Below, one piece after another: positions 11,501 through 22,602 of a DNA stretch of 64,000 nt. Where the stretch lies: contig CM082577.2 of NCBI GenBank assembly GCA_040954595.2, forward strand, positions 16,561,903-16,625,902, in the 5' to 3' direction. The DNA is from Balanoglossus misakiensis. Its lineage: Eukaryota; Animalia; Hemichordata. A program made the translations under genes and the position numbers. The notes under the pieces were generated by a model. The model was not told the origin of the DNA. It saw nothing but the letters and a program-made list of their open reading frames with translations, and did no database searches. Position 1 is the stretch's first letter. Every line of letters starts with the position of its first letter.

Positions 11501-14500
11501 AGAGCCATTTCTTGCGTGGGCAACCTATCGCCGCCACTAGAGGGATCGCAATGCGGGGAAACTAAGGTAATGTAGTAAATAAGGTCACTGCCAAACACAA
11601 GATTCAACATTGTACGATCATTGCGAGATCTCACGAGACATAATTTATTAGTCATACAAGTCAACCAGGCTTTGTATCAAGCCAGAATAGATACAGTGTA
11701 AAGAAAAGTGTTACTTTTTGCCGTTTAACGCAATGGAGCCTGTGTTTTATGTCTAGTTTACATGAATACCCTCCCATATAAACAACGTAGCAAGGAGAGC
11801 TCTCGCAGGGTCTCGTGGAGTTCGGAAAATCGTATATTATAACCAGGATCACATAACCGACAAATTAACGTGATTTTTTTTAAATGTGGATTTGTTTAAT
11901 ATAAGTGGTGCATCCGAGGAAGGTGTGTCGACTGGGGTGACGAAGGTCCCGCTCCGGTAAATGGCGGATGGTCTGACTACGACGCCGAGTTCTCAGAGTG
12001 TTCTCGATCCTGTGGCGGTGGGATAAGAGCCAAGCGACGATACTGCAACAACCCTGAGTAAGATTCCCAATACCTTTCAATCTACACTATGTTTTTATGT
12101 TACTCCTTAACGTTACCGAATGCCAATAAAGATAACATTATATCTTGCTTATCACTTCACACTAATTACAAGGGAAGGGCGAATAAATTGCTAATAATCA
12201 ATGTCAGTAACACCTCCCAGTTAGGCAAGGTTGTTTTTATTATTTTCAGACCTGCATACAATGGCGACCCATGTCCTGGATCGGAAAATGCTATTTATGA
12301 AATGTGCAATATGCAGGTATGTCTGGGTCATTAAACGTACACGGTTACAGATTTAGTTAGAGAAAGTATCGGAAATTCTTTGAAAACTTTCGTAAACAAA
12401 TAATCCGCAATACCATAAGCTGCATGACACATTCGTGTCAAGTAGGCAATAACTTTGTCTTCAATTAGCGTGAAATTTGGCCAATAATGCCTAAACAATA
12501 CTAATATTCCAGCAGTAACAGTACATGTTTCCTTCCCGTTTCAGGAATGTTCCACGCCACAAACTACACTTCCCGAAGAAGAGTGCAGTTCGCTAGACTC
12601 AGCCGACAATTATTACGTGCCACGCTTCTCGGTGACAGGTGAGTCGTCTCTTCTCAATGTACAACGTCATATTTGCAAATTTGACGGAATATTCAAATCT
12701 CACCAATCACAGATCTTCAGAAGTAGCCAAAAGCGTAAATCGTGCGCCACCACATGGCCATTCGACTACTTGTATTTTTTTGACCATATATGTAAATTAG
12801 AGGTGACCGTATAGCTTTAACGCAGTGATACCAATAAGGACTCGGAAGACGGCACAGAGGAAATTCTGGTTTTCGAAGGTAGACATTCTATACAAACGTG
12901 TCACTCCTGGTTTTTAGGACAAGAACTGACCAAGCGCCATGTTTGACTAATAAAGTAATTTAATCCCTTTTATTTCCATCTTTTGCAAGTAGAATTGCTC
13001 ACGTATACGCATAGCCCGTCACGCATGACTGTTTCTCTTTGCCCCCGAAAGAATATCACGCAACGCCAGCATGTTTTAATAGTAATATTGTTTTTTTTCT
13101 GTGAGAAAAAAACTTCTACTCGATGATTCATTATCTTGGCCCGAGCTTTATATGACTTCACCATCTCTTATCCAGGTGATGATTTCTGTGCAAGTATCTG
13201 CTACTCACCGATCACACTGTATCTGAGCGGACTGGGTAGACCATTTTTGGATGGCACAAGGTGCGACTTCAGAAGCAGAGAGCTCAAAATCTGTGCCACA
13301 GGCAAATGTCTGGTATGTCGTACTTACTGCGCATGCCCTTTGTTACGTATGCAAATGTGATAATTTTATTTTAATAGTAACACGAACGGGTTCCAACTGG
13401 CCTTAAATATATATACTCTGTGTGTACGGCAAAATGAACAACAGCTTTAATTATTTTTGGCAGTTTTGTGATTGTTGTACAAAATGTACAACCTCACGAT
13501 TCCCGAGACATCCCATGCAGTGCTTGTGACTCATATCAGGCCTTTCAAATAAGACAACGCTTATTGGCATCCAAGCTAGCCAGCTTTCCGAAAGTATATG
13601 AGGTCTTTTCAGAATTTATTTTATCCTAATATGACGTTCGTCTCTCTTCCCTCGCAACTTCCTGTCTGTCTGTCTGCCTGCCTGTTTATGACTGTTTGTC
13701 TCTCTGTTTGTCTGCGTCTGTCTGTCGGTTGGTTCGTCTTTATCTGTTTGTCTCTCTCCTCTCTCTGTTCTCTTTCTCTCCCCTTTCTCCCTCCCTCCCT
13801 CCATTCCCCTCCCTCCCTCCCTCCCTCCCTCACCCTCTCTCTCTCTCTCTTCCAGGACTTTGGTTGTGACGGCATTCATAACTCTGAATCGGCCATGGAT
13901 AAATGTGGCATTTGCGGTGGAAATGACGACACGTGTGAAGAGGTCACAGGATCTTTTAGCTTAGGTGAACAAAAAGGTCAGTGAAATTGCAAAATAGCAA
14001 ACATTTTGTCCTAAGTGTATAGGTCGCGTTCTATGCAATACACGATTTTTTTATTTGTGGCGTCCACCCGATGATGTGCTATCAGTGTAAGTCACCCATA
14101 AGGAAGATGTCTTCAGTCTTGTTTGCGAATTGAGTACCTAATTGTGATGGATATGTGCATTTGACCACAAATGGTGGTCCCTATGAAAAATATTTGGGCC
14201 ATTTCTTTCTGTTGACTGCTCCATTCCTAACGTCTAACAATAATACAGGACCTCTGGTACCTTACAGAATATATCACTGTAATGACTATCCCGGCAGGCA
14301 GCTCTGATATAGAGATTATAGATGAAAGCCCTGTGTGTGCATTAGGTAAGGAATATGGCCATACACAAATACCAGCATGATCGAGCAGCAAAGGGTGTAA
14401 ATTGTTGGGCTTTGTATGTTAAAAACATTACTGTATAAATATGATTTTGGGGATTTCTGGATAAATCAGCAAACTATCGATTGCACTTATTTACTTCAAC

Positions 14501-17500
14501 AGTTTAAAGGAAGGAGTTTTGATGATGATGGTGGTGGTGGTGGTGGTGGTGATGATGATGATGATGATCTTCGAATATACAAATGCTAATGAAATAAGTC
14601 GCGCATTTATTGTTTTCTCATTCACCCTGACTATTTTTAACAAGATATTTGAATAAGCAAGGTACAATGTAGTGCTGTCACAAAATAATATATTTTTCTC
14701 ATTGGTTTTACATTTTTAGGTTTGAAAGTCGACGGGGAGTTTATTCTAGGTGGTGATGGCAAAATGGAAGGGGGAGGTCTTAAAACTGTTGCAAACAAAC
14801 ATTACTATTACCGCGATGACTACTACGATGAAGTCATTACTATATACGGCAAGATGACCGTTGACCTTGAAGTCCTTGTAAGTGTATTTACAACTACAAG
14901 TAAACTGGTGATTTTCTACTTAGATCTCGCGAGACTTGGCTAATTGCCGATGCAGCTGGTGGCTAAAAAGTACAGCGCTGAATAATACTAGAATGTGGGT
15001 ACAACTTAACAAAAAGGCAACATTTGAGCCGTTTAACACAATGAATCGCGTGCTTTTTTGTCGTGTCACATTATATTGTCCTCCCGTTCAACTTGCCCAG
15101 CCACGCGAGATTTCGCAGGATGTCATGGAGTTCGGGAAATGGTCTATTGATGAAAATATCAGCATTTTTCTGAAGGATTCAAACAATTAATAATAGTGCT
15201 ATTGATAGCTGCCTTTGCCGAAAATTAACCAGAATCAGTATGAAGAGTTTACCATGGTATCATTTGTGTGCCTAGGTCAAATTCTTCTTCGGTTGGTAGT
15301 TCGCGGCTGTTTAGCGGATTAGTTACCGTTGCCGCATCTCTATTTGGTTATTTCCCCAGTTTCCACTGCTGTATTATCAATATTGTCCTGTTCTCTGAAA
15401 TTTCCCCATGGACACCTCCCGCACATGGGCACCATGAATTAGGACGCATTTTGAACAAGACTGCAAAATTGTATTCATGTTGTGCCCAATGTACATGTAG
15501 TTGGTGTCAGTTGAACTGAATCAACTGATCATTGAAACTGACTTTGTGAACAAAACAAGTGTTACCAATATCGTTAATTTCTGCAGGTTTACCAACAATA
15601 TCCAAACAAATACGGGAAACAAATCAAACCGAAGATAACCTACACTTACTACCAACCACTGTCTACCACCGTGACGTCAGCGCCTAATACTGAGAGGCCA
15701 ATTACCACGCGACCGGCCATCTCTGCAAGCTGGAGGGTCACAGAGGGAGCGTGCTCAAAGACTTGTGGCACAGGTAAGGCTAATTTTTTTTTTGAGTGAG
15801 GTCAATTCTACACTCTAAAAACAATTCTCACACTTTATTTTTATTTCATCATAATTATATGTTTGTCAAACGTCAATTTGCACCACCTTAATCCATCGTT
15901 TTACCACTTTACTCCAGTTACTAGTAGTACATGCAACTAATCTCTCAGCCCAAACAATAACCCATCGCTGCAATGTGAGATAGATGGTTTCCGTCCATTG
16001 CGAGATATCGTGAGGCTTTGTATGAAAATGGACTATGATCAGAGTTTAACAAAAAGACACTGGAGCCGTTTATCACGTTTGACCATGAAATCTCGCATGG
16101 TCTCGTGGATTTCGGAAAATGGTAAATATAATGCGTATGATGAACTTTTTCGTTTAACTCTTCTTCTTTGAAGGAACCGGACAGCCCGTTATAACTTGTG
16201 TCCGTGACAACGATAGTCAACAGGTCGACGAGAGTAACTGTGATTCTAATACCAAACCTTCCTCTGATCCAGTTCCGTGTTCTATGCCAGACTGCCCACA
16301 ACCACGGTATGTAACATGTCCTGGGGTTTAGACGGCCAATACATTACATATATGCTGCCTAATCCATTTTATTGTATTTTTTCCTCTTCCTGATCGACTA
16401 ATTTCCTGCGTCCTCCCCAATAGGTGGGAGAGCAGTGACTGGAAAGAGTGTGATATAACCTGTGGCGGCGGAAGCCGATCACGTGATGTGAAGTGTGTGG
16501 TTGAAAGCAGTTCCGGTGAGGACGAGGTTGTCGATGACGCCAGCTGCGATGTTGTTGGGCCTAAGCCCGCCACCACCGAGTCATGTAGTGACAACCCCTG
16601 TCCAACTCCTACTTGGCAAGTCGGCGAATTTTCTGAGGTAATATCGGGTTTCCTTGCACTGTTTCTTTAGCACTCACACACAAAGAGATCGCCTTATAGC
16701 TATACAGTCACCTTTGCAAATTTAACCATTGTTATCTTGATAAAATGAAACGTTACTGATTGGCAGTGGGTGGCACACAAGAAAGTGCACCACAACATGG
16801 TCATTCGAAGTCAAAGACACGCCCGCCTGACCATTTATTTTCTTATGTAAATTAGAGGCGAATGACTAAAACCATAACGCGCGACCAGATTATTTGATTT
16901 CAACTATCTGGAATTCGAGATATTCGCTACATTTTACGAATAACTGCAACAGTAACAGCATATTAAGGAAATAAGTTATGTAACAAAATAGGATGCACGT
17001 TTTGTCATCCGCAGTGTTCGGTAACTTGTGGCGAAGGCGTGAAGACGCGAGATGTGACGTGCAGATCAGCCGAAGATACAGATGTAATCGTCCCCGATGG
17101 ACAGTGTCAATCAACTAAGCCAACAATAAGCGAGACATGTGAAACACCCGAATGCAGCGAGGGAGGTGAGCTTCCTTTAGTTTCAATGGAAGGAAATATG
17201 TTTGTATTCACAGTTTCCCCAGCCCTACAATCTGGGATACACCAGTAAAGAAACGGAAGTGGGGTGCCTCATGGAAGTTGATAGCCGGGGACTAGGCTAC
17301 TTGCAGTATCGTGCTAACAACGGGAATGTCATTGGTTAAAATCGTGCAAATAAAGTCGTTTACCAGAACAAATTGTTGACGTATTACATGATGGAATAAT
17401 GGTCACGGTCTTGCACAGAATGGAATGTCAAAATTCACTCATAATAGCAATTGCTCTCTTCTTTGCTATTGTTATCATCTCTTGCCATAGACCATTTTCC

Positions 17501-18479
17501 GTAGTACACAAGATCTCACATGGCTAGGCAGTTTATATGGGAGAACATTCTGACGTGTCACCAGAATAAGCACCATAGCCAATCGTTTTGGCAAAATGAC
17601 ATTTTTTTAACTCTGCGCCTATTCTACATTATATTCATATATAGCTCGACTTCTATTACTTGGCTGGCAACCAACTGAGATAATCAACCAAGTCTCGCGA
17701 GATCTAACAATGGGCTGAAAATCTTCTATTGTGCGCGATTACATACGGGTAGCCTGATTTCTTTGCTTTACAGGTTGCTTGTACGAACCGAACACTAATC
17801 GCCCTGGTTACGACCTCAACGATGGAAATCAGAACAAGGTTGCCAACCGAGAAGAGTGTTGTCAGTCTTGCCGAGACACCGATGGCTGTACGGCGTGGTC
17901 GTTCTTCAAAGACGAGACCAAGGAAACTTTCGGAGCATGCTGGCTGAAGAAACCGTGGACAAATGGGAAGAAGAACAAGAGTGGTGTGGATTCAGGACTA
18001 ATGAATAGTCAAATTATCCAAGGGGATGGTACGTTATGTAAAATGATTTTGGGACAGGTTGTCCAGTTAAATGACACCTTTTACAGATTTTAAGCACTAC
18101 TAAATGAAAACCCTTCCAGCAGGTAATTGTTATGAAGCTTACCAGAAAACAGAATCCATCATTTGGAGATTTTTTAAGATTTCCGTTATTAAACCATATT
18201 GCCATGAAAATGTTATTCATTTTTGAAGGGTGTAGATTCCAAACGAATATCTTACAAGTTGGTGAGTACATCAATGGGAGCAAGTACTCAAACGATGGCG
18301 GGACGAACGTAGTGGCCAGTCGTGAAGAGTGTTGCGAGAAATGTCGCAGCGAACCCGGATGCAAGGCTTTTGCCTTCGTCAAGACGGAAGGTCCCCGCTT
18401 TGGAGAGTGTTGGTATATCAACACCGAGAGTTCGGTCACTGATAATGATTGCTGTGATGGCGGAGTTCTAACCGAGTGA
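5545..18479 (+). CDS. ADAMTS-family secreted zinc metalloprotease with C-terminal tandem PAN/Apple-like domains (25 exons, ~1150 aa)
   Basis: Exons 5545-5616, 5925-5988, 6266-6415, 7057-7202, 7454-7601, 7828-7982, 8362-8445, 8568-8692, 9653-9772, 10128-10259, 10736-10892, 11465-11566, 11906-12057, 12250-12316, 12545-12638, 13176-13312, 13856-13976, 14268-14345, 14720-14877, 15587-15773, 16174-16306, 16424-16637, 17015-17165, 17774-18028, 18229-18479; phases consistent, total 3453 nt. Signal peptide [15 protein letters not shown]; prodomain; reprolysin domain ([21 protein letters not shown], Met-turn YIMST); disintegrin-like; TSR ([12 protein letters not shown]); Cys-rich ([12 protein letters not shown]); spacer (IPAGS); three more TSRs; two Cys modules of the C..CC..C.....C..W/F...CW type. 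Confidence 0.93.
7638..7676 (+). ncRNA. Degenerate minimal hammerhead-ribozyme-like motif in ADAMTS intron 5
   Basis: CUGACGA, stem II (gtgagtt/cagt/aactctc), GAAA, palindromic stem III (acaa-ca-ttgt), then a GUA triplet. Stem I is not formed. Confidence 0.3.
10470..10570. mobile_element. 101-bp palindromic MITE with a 9-bp TSD
   Basis: tagattgaacgattcagtc...gactgaatcgttcagtcta, with inner arms gggccctccggc/gccggagcgccc; flanks gctaaacat and ggtaaacat. Confidence 0.75.
13655..13850. repeat. Compound (CTGT)/(CT)/(CCCT) microsatellite forming the polypyrimidine tract of ADAMTS exon 17
   Basis: Read directly; it explains the spurious ORFs at 13598-13879. Confidence 0.9.
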
Positions 18480-19581
18480 GGGCGCGGTAGGCAAAAGCAA
18501 CAAAGGCAACAGGTTGGTGACTCGTGATTTTCTCTGTCATTATTTACTTTGTAATGTTAATATGCATTCCTGTATTTCAGACTATTTGAAGGTGTGCGTC
18601 ACATTGCTTAAGGTAGATGACTACTTACAAGTTAGAATATTGTCATTATCCTGGTTTGTAAATAACAATGAATTTTGAAACCAAGTGTTAAAGGAAACCA
18701 GGTTGTTCCCATGCTTCTTTTTCAGTTAGGGGGTCTCAAATATTGTGGAAATATGCTGAGCCAGCACTTTCTGGCAATAATTTTCCGGTGACACAGTGTT
18801 TTCTTCATATCATCTTTTCTTTATATATATTTTGTCACCTTATGTGAAAATTTCAAGAAAATTACAATATTCTAACAGTTTTCTCAAACTTTTACATGTA
18901 AGGCTCTCGTATGTGATAAACCACGAGCTTCATCTAGGTAGTCATCAACCTTAAGTCGGTTTTGGAAGCCATGTACTACATGCTCCATCTTAACTCCAAT
19001 ACACTCTAAGGTCACCCGGTATGCAAATTTAATTACAACTAACCTGGAAACGGAGATCCAGCCAATCACATAGATTAATTAGGTGGCAAGGCGAAAATAT
19101 GCACCAATCGAAGGCATGTATTTCGTGGCAACCCTAACAATCCAGGACGCTTGCCTTTCGATAATTCCCATTTGTCTCGGCTGCTTTGTTAATAAGCGTC
19201 AATATTGTCCTTGTGTCAAAAGGCAAAAAAATGAAACATGCTAAGTATTTGGGGACACTACTTGTTGACGTATCTTTAGGCGCAGCAGTCGGCTAGCCTG
19301 ATAAGTAATTAATGTTTCCATGATTTCCGTATTGGTGAACTTTTCCCCCTTTTTAAACTGAATTGGCAACTCTAACATTTTTTTTATCCACATGCAGGTC
19401 AACTTGATAGCACAGCTTTAATATTTGGAGGGTGATGGATGTTGGAACAGCATGGAGGATGCGCAAAAGCTGTTTGTGATGTTGCTAAGATGTCTATGTA
19501 ATTTATTGTCTGAAGTGACTAAATTAAACTGCCATAGCAGACTTGCAAAACGTGAAAACTATCTCCGTGCTATGTCTTTAA

Positions 19582-20662
19582 AGGGACTAAGTCTCTCTCT
19601 CGCAGGCCTTTTTCCATTAATTATGTTCATACAAGACACCGTTCGTGTTATTCTACTTGTGGATATATAGAGAATCAACATTCAGCGACACACAACTTCC
19701 ATCTCGTTTGTAAGATATAATCTAGTAAAAATTCCGCCAAAATGAATAAACGGTAAACACCGCTTATTCATTTTGGCGAGTTTTTCACTCCCGTGTCTAC
19801 AAGTTGGATGGAAGATGTGTGTGGTCTAACGTTGATTCACTATATATCCACATGTAGAATAACAAATGGTGTCTTGTATCACATATAATTAAGGTGGCAT
19901 TGCATGAAAAGTTGTGATTTTTGCCCCAAATTTTACCTTTTTACATAAAATGGTAGGTCTAATACCGATCCACATTCTCGCAAATGCGTCTTGGCGGAAA
20001 TGGTGCATAACCACCCAAAAATATCACTTTTCTGAATGAGTTCACAGCTTAACAAATAGGTGTCAACAATGCAAATGGCCGTTTTCCTCAGTTTGCATTT
20101 TCGCTGCTCTTGACAACTTCAGACGAAAATAGCTTCGCTCTGCGTTGGCCGAATTGGCTCAAATTTTAACAGGGGATTGTGTATGACCCATCTAACAAAA
20201 CGAAAAAAAAATAGTCGATAAAGTGTCCCTGGCGGGAATAAACTCTGATTCAATACAACTCATCGTGAATTTCATCAAATTTTTCTAAAAATCTAACTTT
20301 CAAACGCTGTTACTCCTCAATGGAAGCAGATAACGCCAAACAATTTTTTTGCACGTGTACTCTAGTTTCGAATGACATATTAAGATGCATGATGCATGCA
20401 TGGTCAACTTTTTTACCTAAATTAAATTAAATTGAATAACATAATATCAAAAAATAGGTTTTTAACCCAAAACCGCCACCATTTCCGGGGATCAATAATA
20501 TATATGCAATTCAAACAAAAGTTCAAAAACTCAGCTTCCAGAATATATATGGTTTATGGGGGTTTTAACGTTGTCTTTGATGAGAAATAGGCCTCTAAAA
20601 AAGTCTCGATGGTTTCATGCAATGCCACCCTAATGGGAAAAGGGCAGCGAGAGAGAGTCCCT
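19582..20662. mobile_element. Palindromic TTAA-flanked MITE interrupted by a nested insertion
   Basis: ttaa|agggact..ctctctcgc...gcgagagagagtccct|ttaa. Long internal arms (atacaagacacc/ggtgtcttgtat; gccaaaatgaataa/ttattcattttggcg) centre on ~19755. Confidence 0.8.
19893..20629. mobile_element. Non-autonomous TTAA-targeting DNA transposon (Kolobok/piggyBac-type ends) nested in the MITE above
   Basis: TIR ggtggcattgcatgaaa / tttcatgcaatgccacc; flanks ttaa and ctaa. Confidence 0.8.
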
Positions 20663-20753
20663 TTAATAAAACGGTTTGCGGTGTACAAGTACTGTGAGTG
20701 ATGTTTGCAAAATTAAATTGTTTTACGCACATTTTGGGTAATTTCCATGAATA

Positions 20754-20756
<3 letters not shown>

Positions 20757-20793
<37 letters not shown>

Positions 20794-20836
20794 TACATAC
20801 ATACATACATACATACATACATACATACATACATAC
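20757..20836. repeat. (CA)n(CATA)n microsatellite
   Basis: Read directly. Confidence 0.95.
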
Positions 20837-20967
20837 ATGCATGCATGCGCAGACTCGGTCACGTCAATCAGCGTCGCGTCGTCTGACACAATGGCCACCG
20901 CGGAAGATGTCGTCTGCCAACCTCAAGAGAAAATTGCAAGATTTTCCCAGCTGTTAGCATGAGGTTT

Positions 20968-21136
20968 ATTATAAAACACCTATAGCCTGGTCTATATTCG
21001 GGCCATAGCAGCCGTTTTTACCCCCTGGTGACTGTCAGTTACCAGAATCATATGCTATTTCTGGTAACTCACAGCCCCTCGGGTGTAATAAACGGCCGCT
21101 ATGGCCCTCATGGCCAGGCAATAGGTGTTCAATATA
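20968..21136. mobile_element. Palindromic MITE-like element
   Basis: aacacctatagcctggtc..ggggccatagcagccgttt pairs with aaacggccgctatggccc..ggccaggcaataggtgtt. Confidence 0.6.
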
Positions 21137-21751
21137 GACGCCCGTGAGGCATTCTTCAATCGTTTATTATATAACTCCGATGTGCCACAGGAAGTATGCA
21201 ACGTGCAGACTTTGACTTGTAAACACATGCGCGATCTGTCAGCTGCGTAGTCGCGCCGGGGCCATTGCCATGTCTGAGAACTTGACAAGGCGAAGTCATG
21301 AAACAGAATCACTTTTATGCATGCACTATGTGTATGACGTTCAACCTTGTTTGGAGACGACGCTTCTTAAACGCAGAGAGGTCACTTTCCTTCTACCCCT
21401 CTATCCTAGCTGCTGTATCACCCCAATATGTAATAATTAACCCAATATGTAATACTAACCCAATATCTAGGCAAATACTAATATCGAATGAGAGCTATCG
21501 ATGCTGATGTGGGGAAAATATCACCTTTTTGAGAACAAAAGCCATGTTCAAACTGGGCTGTACATGTGAGGGAATCAATAAGATTACGTATCTGTTTCAT
21601 GACACTTCACCTTTCTCTATGGCAGAGGCGCTGGCCCCGGCGTGACTACGCAATTTAAACGCGACTATGCTTATATAACGCATTTGTCAATTTCCAAATT
21701 AATGTGGACACGTGGAAGTACATACCTCTTCCGAATTGTCTTTACCTTGAT

Positions 21752-21843
21752 ACCTGTAAAGAATCAACCACGGAAAGTACCAGTTCCGATGAGAGCTGAA
21801 CTGAAAGCAAAGCTGGAATCCCTAGAGAAACAAGGAGTGATAA
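21752..21843 (+). mobile_element. Isolated 92-bp exact copy of the internal pol segment (24289-24380) of the neighbouring Gypsy element
   Basis: acctgtaaagaatcaaccacgg...caaggagtgataa is identical in both places (PVKNQPRKVPVPMRAELKAKLESLEKQGVI). Confidence 0.92.
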
Positions 21844-22602
21844 AGGACAAGGTATGGCATTCATTCATATCTTTGTGGCGACGTCTTAAATCGAAACTTA
21901 GCACTTCGCCTTAAGCAGAAATCACCGTGAACTCTGATCTCTGAAATGCGAATGAGCATACCTGGCATGTTCTTATCAAAGTCTCCCATCTGATGGATGG
22001 TTTCTTAATCTGGTAGCTGAGGTCTTGCACAATATGGGGATTACGTAATACAGGTGTTTTATACGTGATGTTTATGAACCAGCGGGTACATTCAAATTAC
22101 CAACATTAAAAGGAACACACCAACACATCAGAGGTTTTACCACCTATCATCAAATATTTTCCCTTCCAAAAGCAACACGCAGTTGGTTTGAGTTAATGTA
22201 TATTAATGTATAGTGACATCATTAATAAGACTATCTGCAAGAGTTGTGGCTTTGGTATTTCCCCCATTATTGATACCAAACTGTTGATCTACAGCATTAA
22301 ATAATTTGGATGATTTATGATAATTTTATGATACAAAATAAATAAATTTTGTATATATTGAGAAAATTTCTGCCCCAAGACAGCGCCCTCATGTGATGGT
22401 GGACACTATTATACAAACGGCAATCTTGGGCTCGGACTAATAGTTAACTCATTCTTGTGTGATCTCTTGCCATTTGAGCAATTATTTTGCCCGATGAACA
22501 AACTTACTAATATCAGAGCTCGAAATTCGCGTTAGCCACGCGTCGGCACACTACGAAAGTGTTTCGTCTGGCTATCACAGTGCCAGCCAGCAGTAGAATA
22601 TA

